Below are positions 29,145-37,190 of a stretch of DNA of 64,000 nucleotides, one piece after another (the stretch's first letter is position 1; each line of letters begins with the position of its first letter). The position numbers and the translations under genes are program-made. This DNA is from Thermodesulfovibrionales bacterium. Its GTDB lineage: Bacteria > Nitrospirota > Thermodesulfovibrionia > Thermodesulfovibrionales > UBA6898. The notes under the pieces were generated by a model. The model worked only from the letters and a program-made list of their open reading frames with translations. It was not told where the DNA came from and searched no databases. The DNA lies in NCBI GenBank assembly GCA_044450345.1, contig JBIOIY010000001.1, positions 1 to 64,000 on the forward strand, written 5' to 3'.

Positions 29145-29309
29145 GGCGGTTCACCTCCCTTATTTATGCGTCCTGTTTGCACCCCGCGTCCAAATCATAT
29201 ACTCCGCAGATTAAAAGCAGATTAAGGGACCATGAAATTTTCTTAACGGGGGAGACGTTATATCCTGTAGATGCAAATGCGGACAGAACATTAGACACAT
29301 TAATCACGA

Positions 29310-29447
29310 ATGCAGCGCGGGGCTGTTTTTGAGCGGATTCAATTACTCGTATTGACCCGTCCTGTATTGCTTGGCGGGTCGAGGAATTGCCCTCGCAGGT
29401 CGCCCTAGCGACCGAGAATGAGCGAAAAGACAAGTCCCACGCTGCAT
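29310..29447 (+). repeat. Three-way-junction repeat element, copy 4
   Basis: Core GAGCGGATT-CAATTACTCG..CGAGGAATTG-CC-CTCG..CGAG-AATGAGCGA closed by ATGCAGCGCGGGGCTGTTTTT/AAAGACAAGTCCCACGCTGCAT. Confidence 0.9.
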
Positions 29448-29479
29448 AGTTTAGAAGCGGCGGACGAGATTTGAAAAGG

Positions 29480-30241
29480 TCAGACGTGAAAGAGACCGGT
29501 AGCGGAATACCGGTCGGCGGTATAAAGCCTCAACCTTCTGCCCAGGATGTCCTGATGGGTCCGCAGCGCAACGCCGGGATCATTATTCTGCTCCGAAAGG
29601 TGTGAAAGACACGCCCATCTCAGCTGTGTGCCGGAACAGAGCAATTCCGCAGACTCTATATTCGAGATATGCCCTCCCGGCCCCTTTATTCTGCGTTTGA
29701 GAGAGACTGGATAAGGGCTGGCGGCGAGCATCGACGGGTCATAATTGCTTTCCATGAATACGGCATCGAGAGAGGCCACTTCCCGGGCCAGACCGTCGAA
29801 AACATGCCCCAGATCGGTCATTATGCCGAGACGTTTTTCTCGTGATTCGACTATAAAGATTACCCCGTCTTCTCCGTCATGGGGGGTCGACATCGTCAAG
29901 ACAGAGACAGGACCGAACGAAACCGTTTTCCCGGCCTGAAAATACTTCACATCGCCGAGACGCCCTAGTCCGCACCTTCTCTCTGCTGCGTAGAGCGTCC
30001 TTTCCGTCACGTAGAGCGGAAGGCCGTACTTGCGTTGGTATACGCCGGCAAACTTTGCGTGGTCTGCGTGGTCATGGGATATGATTACTGCGTCCACGTC
30101 CCTTATCCCGCGGCCATGGGCCGCAAGCCTTCGTTCCGCCGCAACACCGGAGATGCCTGCGTCGAAGAGCAGCCTAACCCCGCATGATTCGACATATATG
30201 CAGTTGCCGTTGCTGCCCGATTGAAGCGAAATCGCGATCAT
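29480..30241 (-). CDS. Metallo-beta-lactamase-fold hydrolase (YycJ/WalJ-like)
   Basis: SGSNGN, SHDHADH, TDLG, ESNYD, GHISN, HLSEQNN. Confidence 0.92.
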   Translation of the reverse strand: MIAISLQSGSNGNCIYVESCGVRLLFDAGISGVAAERRLAAHGRGIRDVDAVIISHDHADHAKFAGVYQRKYGLPLYVTERTLYAAERRCGLGRLGDVKYFQAGKTVSFGPVSVLTMSTPHDGEDGVIFIVESREKRLGIMTDLGHVFDGLAREVASLDAVFMESNYDPSMLAASPYPVSLKRRIKGPGGHISNIESAELLCSGTQLRWACLSHLSEQNNDPGVALRTHQDILGRRLRLYTADRYSATGLFHV

Positions 30242-30405
30242 TAATCCTCACACTCCCTGATATAGGCTATCTTTTCGATCGGCACAACGACCCAGCCGGA
30301 CTCGGCCTCAAGGTATACTTCTTCTTCATTGACCTCAACGAGTGTCCCGATGTATATCGTTTCCCCCGTGCCCACCTCAACAACCTTGCCAATCAGATCC
30401 AACAT
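30241..30405 (-). CDS. Small 54-aa protein absent from ORF track, possible Sm/Hfq-like beta fold
   Basis: MLDLIGKVVEVGTGETIYIGTLVEVNEEEVYLEAESGWVVVPIEKIAYIRECED; G-rich RBS; TAATG stop/start overlap with next gene; fills the operon gap. Confidence 0.82.
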   Translation of the reverse strand: MLDLIGKVVEVGTGETIYIGTLVEVNEEEVYLEAESGWVVVPIEKIAYIRECED

Positions 30406-30412
30406 TTCCCCC

Positions 30413-31228
30413 CTAAGTTTTTCTCGGCCGGCCGAGGTTATGGACCATCTCCGCGCCCATCAGAAAGATGCAGGAAGAATAGAACATCCAGAGCAGAAAA
30501 AAAATAAAGGCCGTCAGAGAGCCGTAAATCTTGCCGAGGTGGGTAACCGACACCACATACCATGTAAAAACGTGTTTTGCGAATTCGAGAAAGAGAGTGG
30601 TAAAGAAGGCCCCTCTCAGAGCGTCCGAAAGCCTCACCTTTGCCTTTGGCAGCAGTTTATACACAAGAGTAACCGTAAAGAGTACAAGAACAAAAGGCAG
30701 CATGAACCGTATAATAAACGCGGTCACCTTCCCCACCTTTATATCAGGCAGATACGGCCTGAGGGCATTAAGCAGAGGGATCACCGATGCAGCGCCGAAG
30801 GAGACAATGAGAAGCAAGATGATGCAGGTGACCACCGTCACTGAGAGAAGCACCGAACATGCGATGCTTCTCTTCTGTTTCGCCTTGAACACCACGTTCA
30901 GGGATTTTTCAAGGGAGGCAAAGACCTGATAGGACATCAAGCCGTAAAGGAGAATGCCTATCTTGCCGAGCCCCTTATAGGAGATGAGTTTGACAATCTC
31001 CTGAGTTATACCGTCCGTAACCGAAGGGAAAAGGTTCGTCAGCTTGCTCAGGACAAATTTGTAGAATTCCGGGTAATGTCCGAGCAGATATCCAAGAAGG
31101 GTCATCAGGAACATGCAGAAAGGGACAATGGCCGTCACGATAAAATAGGATAGAGAGCCGGCGAGCATCAACCCGTCGTCTCTGTAAAAGTCGACCGCAC
31201 TTCTTCCCAGGGTCCGCAGAAACCTCAC
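30413..31228 (-). CDS. YihY/virulence factor BrkB family membrane protein
   Basis: Multi-TM; A.SLSY, Y..LP, IYGSL..F...LLWMFYS..IFL.GAE. Confidence 0.92.
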   Translation of the reverse strand: MRFLRTLGRSAVDFYRDDGLMLAGSLSYFIVTAIVPFCMFLMTLLGYLLGHYPEFYKFVLSKLTNLFPSVTDGITQEIVKLISYKGLGKIGILLYGLMSYQVFASLEKSLNVVFKAKQKRSIACSVLLSVTVVTCIILLLIVSFGAASVIPLLNALRPYLPDIKVGKVTAFIIRFMLPFVLVLFTVTLVYKLLPKAKVRLSDALRGAFFTTLFLEFAKHVFTWYVVSVTHLGKIYGSLTAFIFFLLWMFYSSCIFLMGAEMVHNLGRPRKT

Positions 31229-32547
31229 GACGCTTTATCTTGTTTCCGCGCCCTGACGTAAATCTTCAAAGGCGTCCCCTCAAACGAAAAACTCTCCCTC
31301 AGCCCCTTCTCGATAAAGCGCAGGGACTGCTCCTTGACCGCCTCAGGATAATTGCAGAATATCACGAAGCCCGGCGGTTCTTCCCTTACCTGTGTCATGT
31401 AATAGAGTTTCAGCTCCTTCCCCCGATACATAGGAAGATTCATCTTCCCGACAAAGTCCCTGAAGAACCTGTTGAGTGCGCCGGTAGTTATTCGCTTCTT
31501 CCTCTCGTCTATGATGCGGTCGATGACCGGGAAAACCTTAGTGATCCGCTTCCTGACCAGGCCAGAGATCGTAATGACCGGGGCATAGGGAGAGAACCAC
31601 ATCTTTCTTTCAAGTTCGGGTATGATCTGCTTAAAAACTTCCTCGGCCCCTTCGATAAGGTCCCACTTGTTCAGGAGGAAGATAGCGCCCTTCCCGTACT
31701 CTTTCACAATGCCGGCTATCTTTATGTCCTGTTCCGTGATACCTTCTGAAGAGTCGAGAACGACGAGCGCGACATCGCATCTCTCTATGCTCCTGACAGC
31801 CCTGACCAGCGCAAACCTCTCTATCGAATATCCCACCTTCCCCTTTTTTCGCAACCCCGCAGTGTCGATCACCAGATACTTCTTCGAGTGGTACGTACAG
31901 ATGCTGTCTATGGAGTCCCTCGTAGTTCCCGCCACCGGGCTGACGAGCATTCGTTTCTTGCCCAGAAGCGCGTTCACAAGGGTGGACTTCCCTACGTTCG
32001 GCCTTCCCACAACCGCGATCTTGGTATATTCGACGGCCTCTTCCTGATACTGGGGAAGCAACTGGTCGAGCCTGTCCATGAATTCCTCGTACCCGTGTCC
32101 CGTTGCGGCCGAAACCGGCCAAAGATCTTCCGTCCCCAGCCTGAAAAAATCATAAAGCCTTTCTTCCCTCGTTGGAGCGTCTATCTTATTGGCTGCCCAG
32201 AGTATCTTCTTGCCGGATGCGCGAAGAAGCCGCGCCAGTTCCATGTCCGCGGGCGTCAGACCATCCTTTCCGTCAAGGAGATGGATTATGATATCCCCCT
32301 CCTCTATCGCAAAGATCGCCTGCTCCTTGGCCTGGGCGAAAATGTCTTCAGGGGGGTTGGGATAAAAGCCGCCGGTGTCGACCACCATGAAGACCTTGTC
32401 CTCCCATTTTGCGTCAAGATAGTTCCTGTCCCTCGTGACGCCAGGGATGTCCTCCACTATCGCGGAATGCGTCCCCGTCATTCGGTTAAAAAGGGTCGAC
32501 TTTCCTACATTGGGTCTTCCTACTATTACGACTACCGGTTTTGACAT
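31225..32547 (-). CDS. der: Ribosome biogenesis GTPase Der
   Basis: Two tandem G-domains with GRPNVGKSTL and C-terminal KH-like domain. Confidence 0.97.
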   Translation of the reverse strand: MSKPVVVIVGRPNVGKSTLFNRMTGTHSAIVEDIPGVTRDRNYLDAKWEDKVFMVVDTGGFYPNPPEDIFAQAKEQAIFAIEEGDIIIHLLDGKDGLTPADMELARLLRASGKKILWAANKIDAPTREERLYDFFRLGTEDLWPVSAATGHGYEEFMDRLDQLLPQYQEEAVEYTKIAVVGRPNVGKSTLVNALLGKKRMLVSPVAGTTRDSIDSICTYHSKKYLVIDTAGLRKKGKVGYSIERFALVRAVRSIERCDVALVVLDSSEGITEQDIKIAGIVKEYGKGAIFLLNKWDLIEGAEEVFKQIIPELERKMWFSPYAPVITISGLVRKRITKVFPVIDRIIDERKKRITTGALNRFFRDFVGKMNLPMYRGKELKLYYMTQVREEPPGFVIFCNYPEAVKEQSLRFIEKGLRESFSFEGTPLKIYVRARKQDKAS

Positions 32548-32784
32548 AGGACTATTGTACTATAAAATCACTGCCGATAATCTCTGCGCTGATATGACCG
32601 CTAATAAGTGATTTCAACAGCAGATGCGCGAAATGACCACACTAAAGCCGTGATTATAATGCCATCCCCCTATCACGATTTTATATGAGGTACTATACTC
32701 TCTGCAATAAAAGCGGCAAAATCGTATAATCAATACGTTACAAATAATCGCTCACGGCAAATAAATACCGGGCGTTCCATGTCG

Positions 32785-32801
32785 GGGGCATAAAAATTGC
32801 T
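32785..32801 (+). promoter_or_regulatory. Putative sigma54 (-24/-12) promoter
   Basis: GGGGCATAAAAATTGCT with GG-N10-GC spacing, 27 nt upstream of the HD-GYP ATG. Confidence 0.55.
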
Positions 32802-32827
32802 ATCTCATATATAAGGTTATTTTCAGA

Positions 32828-34831
32828 ATGAGAATTAAGACCAAGATTATAACAATAACAGCCCTCACAGTAATGCTGGCTGTCGGCACGACCACCGCCG
32901 TCTTCATCAGGATGCAAAACAACAAGATGATCAATGCGAAGTTTCAGGAGACGGTATTTCTTTCCGGTATAATCGAAAGGACGATAGAAAGCTCGATGAG
33001 GGAAGGTAATTCTGCCGAGGTCGCGAGAATTATCGAAAACATAGGGAAGAATAGAGAAATAGTCAGTCTCAGGATAGTCTCTCCGGACGGCACTATAGTG
33101 AAATCCACAAACAGCGGAGAAACAGGATCCAGGTCGGCCGAATTCAGTAAAGGTACTATCACTCCGGGACAAAAACCGAAGCTTCTGGACAAAACAACTA
33201 TTAATTACTTCCACGCCATTGAGAACAGGGCTGAATGCCATAGATGTCATGACCGGCGTTATCCGCTTATAGGCCTGATCCAGATCAAGCACGACATATC
33301 GGGAAGCCTTACGACATTTCTTTCACTTAAGAGGCTGTTGATCTTTTCCAATGTCGCTATAGTGGTTCTCGTTTCTGTAATCATCAGCATCCTCTTCACA
33401 AGGCTGGTGATGACTCCGCTCAAGAACCTGCTTTCTACGATCAATAATATCGAGGCCGGCAACTGGTATGCGACCGTTACCATACGCAGCAACGACGAAC
33501 TGGGCGTTATAGGTTCATCATTCAATAAGATGATCCGGGAAATCAGCAGCCTCTACAGCAAGAACATAGCCAAAGAAAGGGAACTCCAGAAGATAAGGGT
33601 CGAACTGGAACACAAGACCAGGGTCGAGGACCTCAATTCCCAGCTCGAGTTCAAGGTCAGGGAGCTCGAAACAGCCAACAAGGCGATCACATCCCTGTCC
33701 AGAGAGGTAAAAAGTAAGAATATCGAACTGGAAAATGCGGTCGAGAAACTCAAGAAGATCAACGAGATCGGCAGGATTCTCTCCTCTATAATCGAGACCC
33801 AGGAACTGATGAAGATAATAATCCAGACGACTGCCGATCTGTTGAACGCCGAAAAAGTGACCCTCCATCTCAGGAGCTATCATAAGCCGGAACTCACCTT
33901 ACAATACCAAAAGGGCGGCGGGCTCGAACATCTCTCCAGTTTCTCCTTCGAGGTAAATTCCGAATTTAAGGAACTTTTTGCGGACGGGCGGCCTGTCATT
34001 ATTTCCGGCCAGGCGGCGACAGACTCCCCGGACCTCCCCGCAAAAGGCCAAAAAATCGGCGTGCCGCTCAAGATGAAGGGCCTAGTAATAGGGGCCATGA
34101 TACTTGAAAACAGCCTGTCCCCGACCGCCTTCACCGAAGAAGAGCTCGAACTTCTCATCACTCTTTCGAACCAGGCGATGGTCGCCATAGAGAACGCCTG
34201 GCTGTATGAGAGCGTCAAAATTAACTACTTCGCTACAATACAGTCCCTCGTTAATGCGCTCGAGGCGAGCGACAGGTTCACGAAGGGTCATTCGGAAAGG
34301 GTAAGACTTCTCTCCGTCGAGCTGGGCAAGTATATCGGCCTCGATTTCAAGGAGATCGAGCTCCTCGAACATGCGGCCATTCTCCATGACATCGGGAAAA
34401 TAGGGATTGACAACTTTATCCTTCAGAAACAGGGCAAGCTCACTGCCAAGGAATACAGTCTGGTTAAGATGCATCCTCTCATCGGCGACGATATCCTGGG
34501 GCCGATCGAGACGCTGGGAGACGTAAGAAAGACAATCATCCAGCACCACGAGAGGTATGACGGAAATGGGTACCCTTACGGCCTCCGGGGAGACGAAATA
34601 TCCCTGAAGTCGAAGATCCTCTCTGTCGTCGACACCTTCGACGCAATGATGACCGACAGACCTTACCGGAAGGCCTTGTCGCTTCAGACGATCAGAGATG
34701 AACTCAAATCGAACGCCGGCACGCAATTCGACCCTTACGTAGTCGAGTCTTTTGTAGAAATGCTCAATCTTAACGGGAACACTCTGCTTGCGCCCTATGC
34801 CGAATACCATGCGGCCTTCTTTGCAGGCTGA
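32828..34831 (+). CDS. Membrane HD-GYP phosphodiesterase with periplasmic heme-c motif, HAMP and GAF-like domains
   Basis: Two TM helices around CHRCH; HAMP (NDELG); LHDIGKIG, HHERYDGNGYP. Confidence 0.92.
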   Translation: MRIKTKIITITALTVMLAVGTTTAVFIRMQNNKMINAKFQETVFLSGIIERTIESSMREGNSAEVARIIENIGKNREIVSLRIVSPDGTIVKSTNSGETGSRSAEFSKGTITPGQKPKLLDKTTINYFHAIENRAECHRCHDRRYPLIGLIQIKHDISGSLTTFLSLKRLLIFSNVAIVVLVSVIISILFTRLVMTPLKNLLSTINNIEAGNWYATVTIRSNDELGVIGSSFNKMIREISSLYSKNIAKERELQKIRVELEHKTRVEDLNSQLEFKVRELETANKAITSLSREVKSKNIELENAVEKLKKINEIGRILSSIIETQELMKIIIQTTADLLNAEKVTLHLRSYHKPELTLQYQKGGGLEHLSSFSFEVNSEFKELFADGRPVIISGQAATDSPDLPAKGQKIGVPLKMKGLVIGAMILENSLSPTAFTEEELELLITLSNQAMVAIENAWLYESVKINYFATIQSLVNALEASDRFTKGHSERVRLLSVELGKYIGLDFKEIELLEHAAILHDIGKIGIDNFILQKQGKLTAKEYSLVKMHPLIGDDILGPIETLGDVRKTIIQHHERYDGNGYPYGLRGDEISLKSKILSVVDTFDAMMTDRPYRKALSLQTIRDELKSNAGTQFDPYVVESFVEMLNLNGNTLLAPYAEYHAAFFAG

Positions 34832-34929
34832 TCCCCCGCTGATCATCTTCTTTTTTTTTCCACTAGCTATTCTCCCATCTGTCTTTCTTGTAGGGAACGG
34901 TTTCAATGTTTTATCATTATTGGCGATCT

Positions 34930-35931
34930 ATGCTGCGTAAGAGACTGATAGGCATATGTGTTGCCCTTGCGATAGTCATCGCGTCGGGTGTCTCAGGGTA
35001 TGTCGTCATTGAAGGATGGAGGCCCTTTGATGCCTTTTACATGACCGTCATAACCATTTCTTCCGTGGGTTTCATGGAAGTCCGTCCGCTTTCTGACGCG
35101 GGAAGGACATTTACCGTATTGCTCATACTCTGCGGCTCGGGAATTTTGATTTACGCGGTCTCCCTTATTACGGCGTTTATTGTGGAGGGGGAACTCACTG
35201 ATGTAATAAGGAGGAGTAAGATGAACAAGAGAATCGATCGTCTTGACGCCCACTTCATAGTCTGCGGCGCAGACCGCACGGGTCAGTACGCCATCGAAGA
35301 ACTGCTCAGGACAAAACGTGATTTTGTCATCATAGAAAAAAAATCAGAAACAATCCTGGACCTCGAAAAACGGGGGATTTTGTGTATAGAAGGCGATGCA
35401 ACTCACGACTCCGTCCTTCTGAAGGCCGGGATACAGAAGGCAAGAGGTTTTATCACCTCCCTCCATTCTGATGCCGAAAACCTCTTTGTGGTGATCACGG
35501 CAAAACGCCTCAACCCCTCGTTGAGGGTAATAGCAAAGGCGGTGGAGGAAGAATCCGAACAAAAAATCAGAATGGTCGGAGCTGACGGAGTAGTAATGCC
35601 TGATTTTATAGGGGGTCTGAGGATGGTGTCCGAGATGGTCCGTCCTTCGGTAGTCAATTTTCTGGACATCATGCTCAGGTCGAAAGACCGCACGATAAGG
35701 GTCGAAGAGATCGTGGTCGGTAAATCGTCGCCATTTGTCGGGAAGGAGCTGTCCGAGACAGGGCTGCCCGACATGGAAGGTATGTCCCTCGTTGCCCTCA
35801 AAGACAAGGCAGCCGACTCCTATACGTTCAACCCCTCCAGAAAAACCTTCTTGACGATCGACCATACTTTGATAGTCATGGGAGACGTAGACCGTATCCA
35901 GAAGGCCGCAGCCATGATGAATCCTGCTTAA
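34930..35931 (+). CDS. Two-TM potassium channel with RCK/TrkA domains
   Basis: DAFYMTVITISSVGF pore helix, TrkA-N (GDAT, DAENL), TrkA-C; ORF extends to ATG 34906. Confidence 0.9.
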   Translation: MLRKRLIGICVALAIVIASGVSGYVVIEGWRPFDAFYMTVITISSVGFMEVRPLSDAGRTFTVLLILCGSGILIYAVSLITAFIVEGELTDVIRRSKMNKRIDRLDAHFIVCGADRTGQYAIEELLRTKRDFVIIEKKSETILDLEKRGILCIEGDATHDSVLLKAGIQKARGFITSLHSDAENLFVVITAKRLNPSLRVIAKAVEEESEQKIRMVGADGVVMPDFIGGLRMVSEMVRPSVVNFLDIMLRSKDRTIRVEEIVVGKSSPFVGKELSETGLPDMEGMSLVALKDKAADSYTFNPSRKTFLTIDHTLIVMGDVDRIQKAAAMMNPA

Positions 35932-36115
35932 TAAGTCTTAAAGTCGGCCTCGATATTTCTAATAAATCGCTCCCGGCGGTATAACTGTATGTCGCGGCCT
36001 GCACTTCCCAGCATACGCACAGCCATCACCAATATTCCGGGCTGCTCATATGTGGTAAAATTAATTAGCCGTATTCCAGAGCTGACATGGAAACAAAAGG
36101 AAGAAAATAATAGAA

Positions 36116-37132
36116 TTGAAAAGCAATTATATCATTAGGGCTGCCCTTCTGGCAGGGTTTGTCCTCTCTCTCGCCTCGCTGCTGGATTTGTGCGGGACCT
36201 CGGCATGCGCTGAAACACATAAGTATGCCCTGTTCGGGCTCCCTTTCACGTTTTTCGGAATTGTTTTTTTCCCGGCAGCGTGGGCCTCGTTCGAACTCGG
36301 ACGCACCCGCGGGGTATTCTCGACTCTTTTTGTTATTATGATCTCAGCAGCAAGCGGCGCAGAGGTTGCGTTCCTCTGGATCCAGAAATATGTTATAAAA
36401 GACTGGTGTCCCTTATGCGTAGGTGTCGCGGCAACGGTATATCTGCTTGCGCTCCTGGCATATTATGCCGAAGCAAAAAAAGTTATTGTAAACACAAAAG
36501 ACAGGAGAGGGATAAATATGATTTTCTTTAAGAAGGTATCGCTTATCACTTTGGTCGTGATCGCAGGTTTTTTGCTCGCATTCAAGGGCGCTCAAAAGAG
36601 CGAAGCCCAGGACAAGGGCATTAACATATTCCTGGGCAAAGAAAACAGCGCTCAGGAGCTTTACATCTTCACCGACTGGTTCTGCCCGGCCTGCCGCAAG
36701 GCAGAGCCGGAGATCGAAAAGGCCGCATCCTCGGCAGGGAAAAGGGCAAAGGTCATCTTTATCGACATGCCTATCCACCCCGAAAGTTTTAACTACATGC
36801 CTTATAACCTTTCCTTTCTCCTGAACGAAAAGGGCAAATACCTGGAGTTGAGGAAGGCGCTCGGTGCGCTCTCGCTCACGTCAAAAGAGCCCGGGCCCGA
36901 GGACGTGCAGAAGGCGATAGCTCCTCTTGGGGTGACCTACAAACCGCTGGCCTTCCTGACCGTAACAAAGGGGTCAAAGTACTTCGATGAGACTGCCAAG
37001 GCGTTCGGGGTCAAGTCCACTCCGACCGTCGTCGTCAACGACGCGAAGACAAAAAAGAGGATCCAGATGGTCGGCTCGAAGGACATCACGGAAGAGAATA
37101 TCCTGAAGGCCCTCGATGAGGTTTCGAAGTAG
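36116..37132 (+). CDS. VKOR-like membrane domain fused to DsbA/thioredoxin-fold domain
   Basis: C....C loop, WCPLC in TM region; FTDWFCPAC and STPT cis-Pro motif. Confidence 0.8.
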   Translation: MKSNYIIRAALLAGFVLSLASLLDLCGTSACAETHKYALFGLPFTFFGIVFFPAAWASFELGRTRGVFSTLFVIMISAASGAEVAFLWIQKYVIKDWCPLCVGVAATVYLLALLAYYAEAKKVIVNTKDRRGINMIFFKKVSLITLVVIAGFLLAFKGAQKSEAQDKGINIFLGKENSAQELYIFTDWFCPACRKAEPEIEKAASSAGKRAKVIFIDMPIHPESFNYMPYNLSFLLNEKGKYLELRKALGALSLTSKEPGPEDVQKAIAPLGVTYKPLAFLTVTKGSKYFDETAKAFGVKSTPTVVVNDAKTKKRIQMVGSKDITEENILKALDEVSK

Positions 37133-37190
37133 GGTCTGTTTATAAAATTACCTTAGAGTTTATCCAGCCGGGGAGAAGCGGGCTGCATAT

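Noticed and set aside
9923..29447. The repeat as CRISPR repeats, integron attC sites or hammerhead ribozymes
   Set aside because: Copies are kilobases apart in mixed orientation beside core genes; no spacers, cas or intI, no RYYYAAC/GTTRRRY boxes, no CUGANGA/GAAA core
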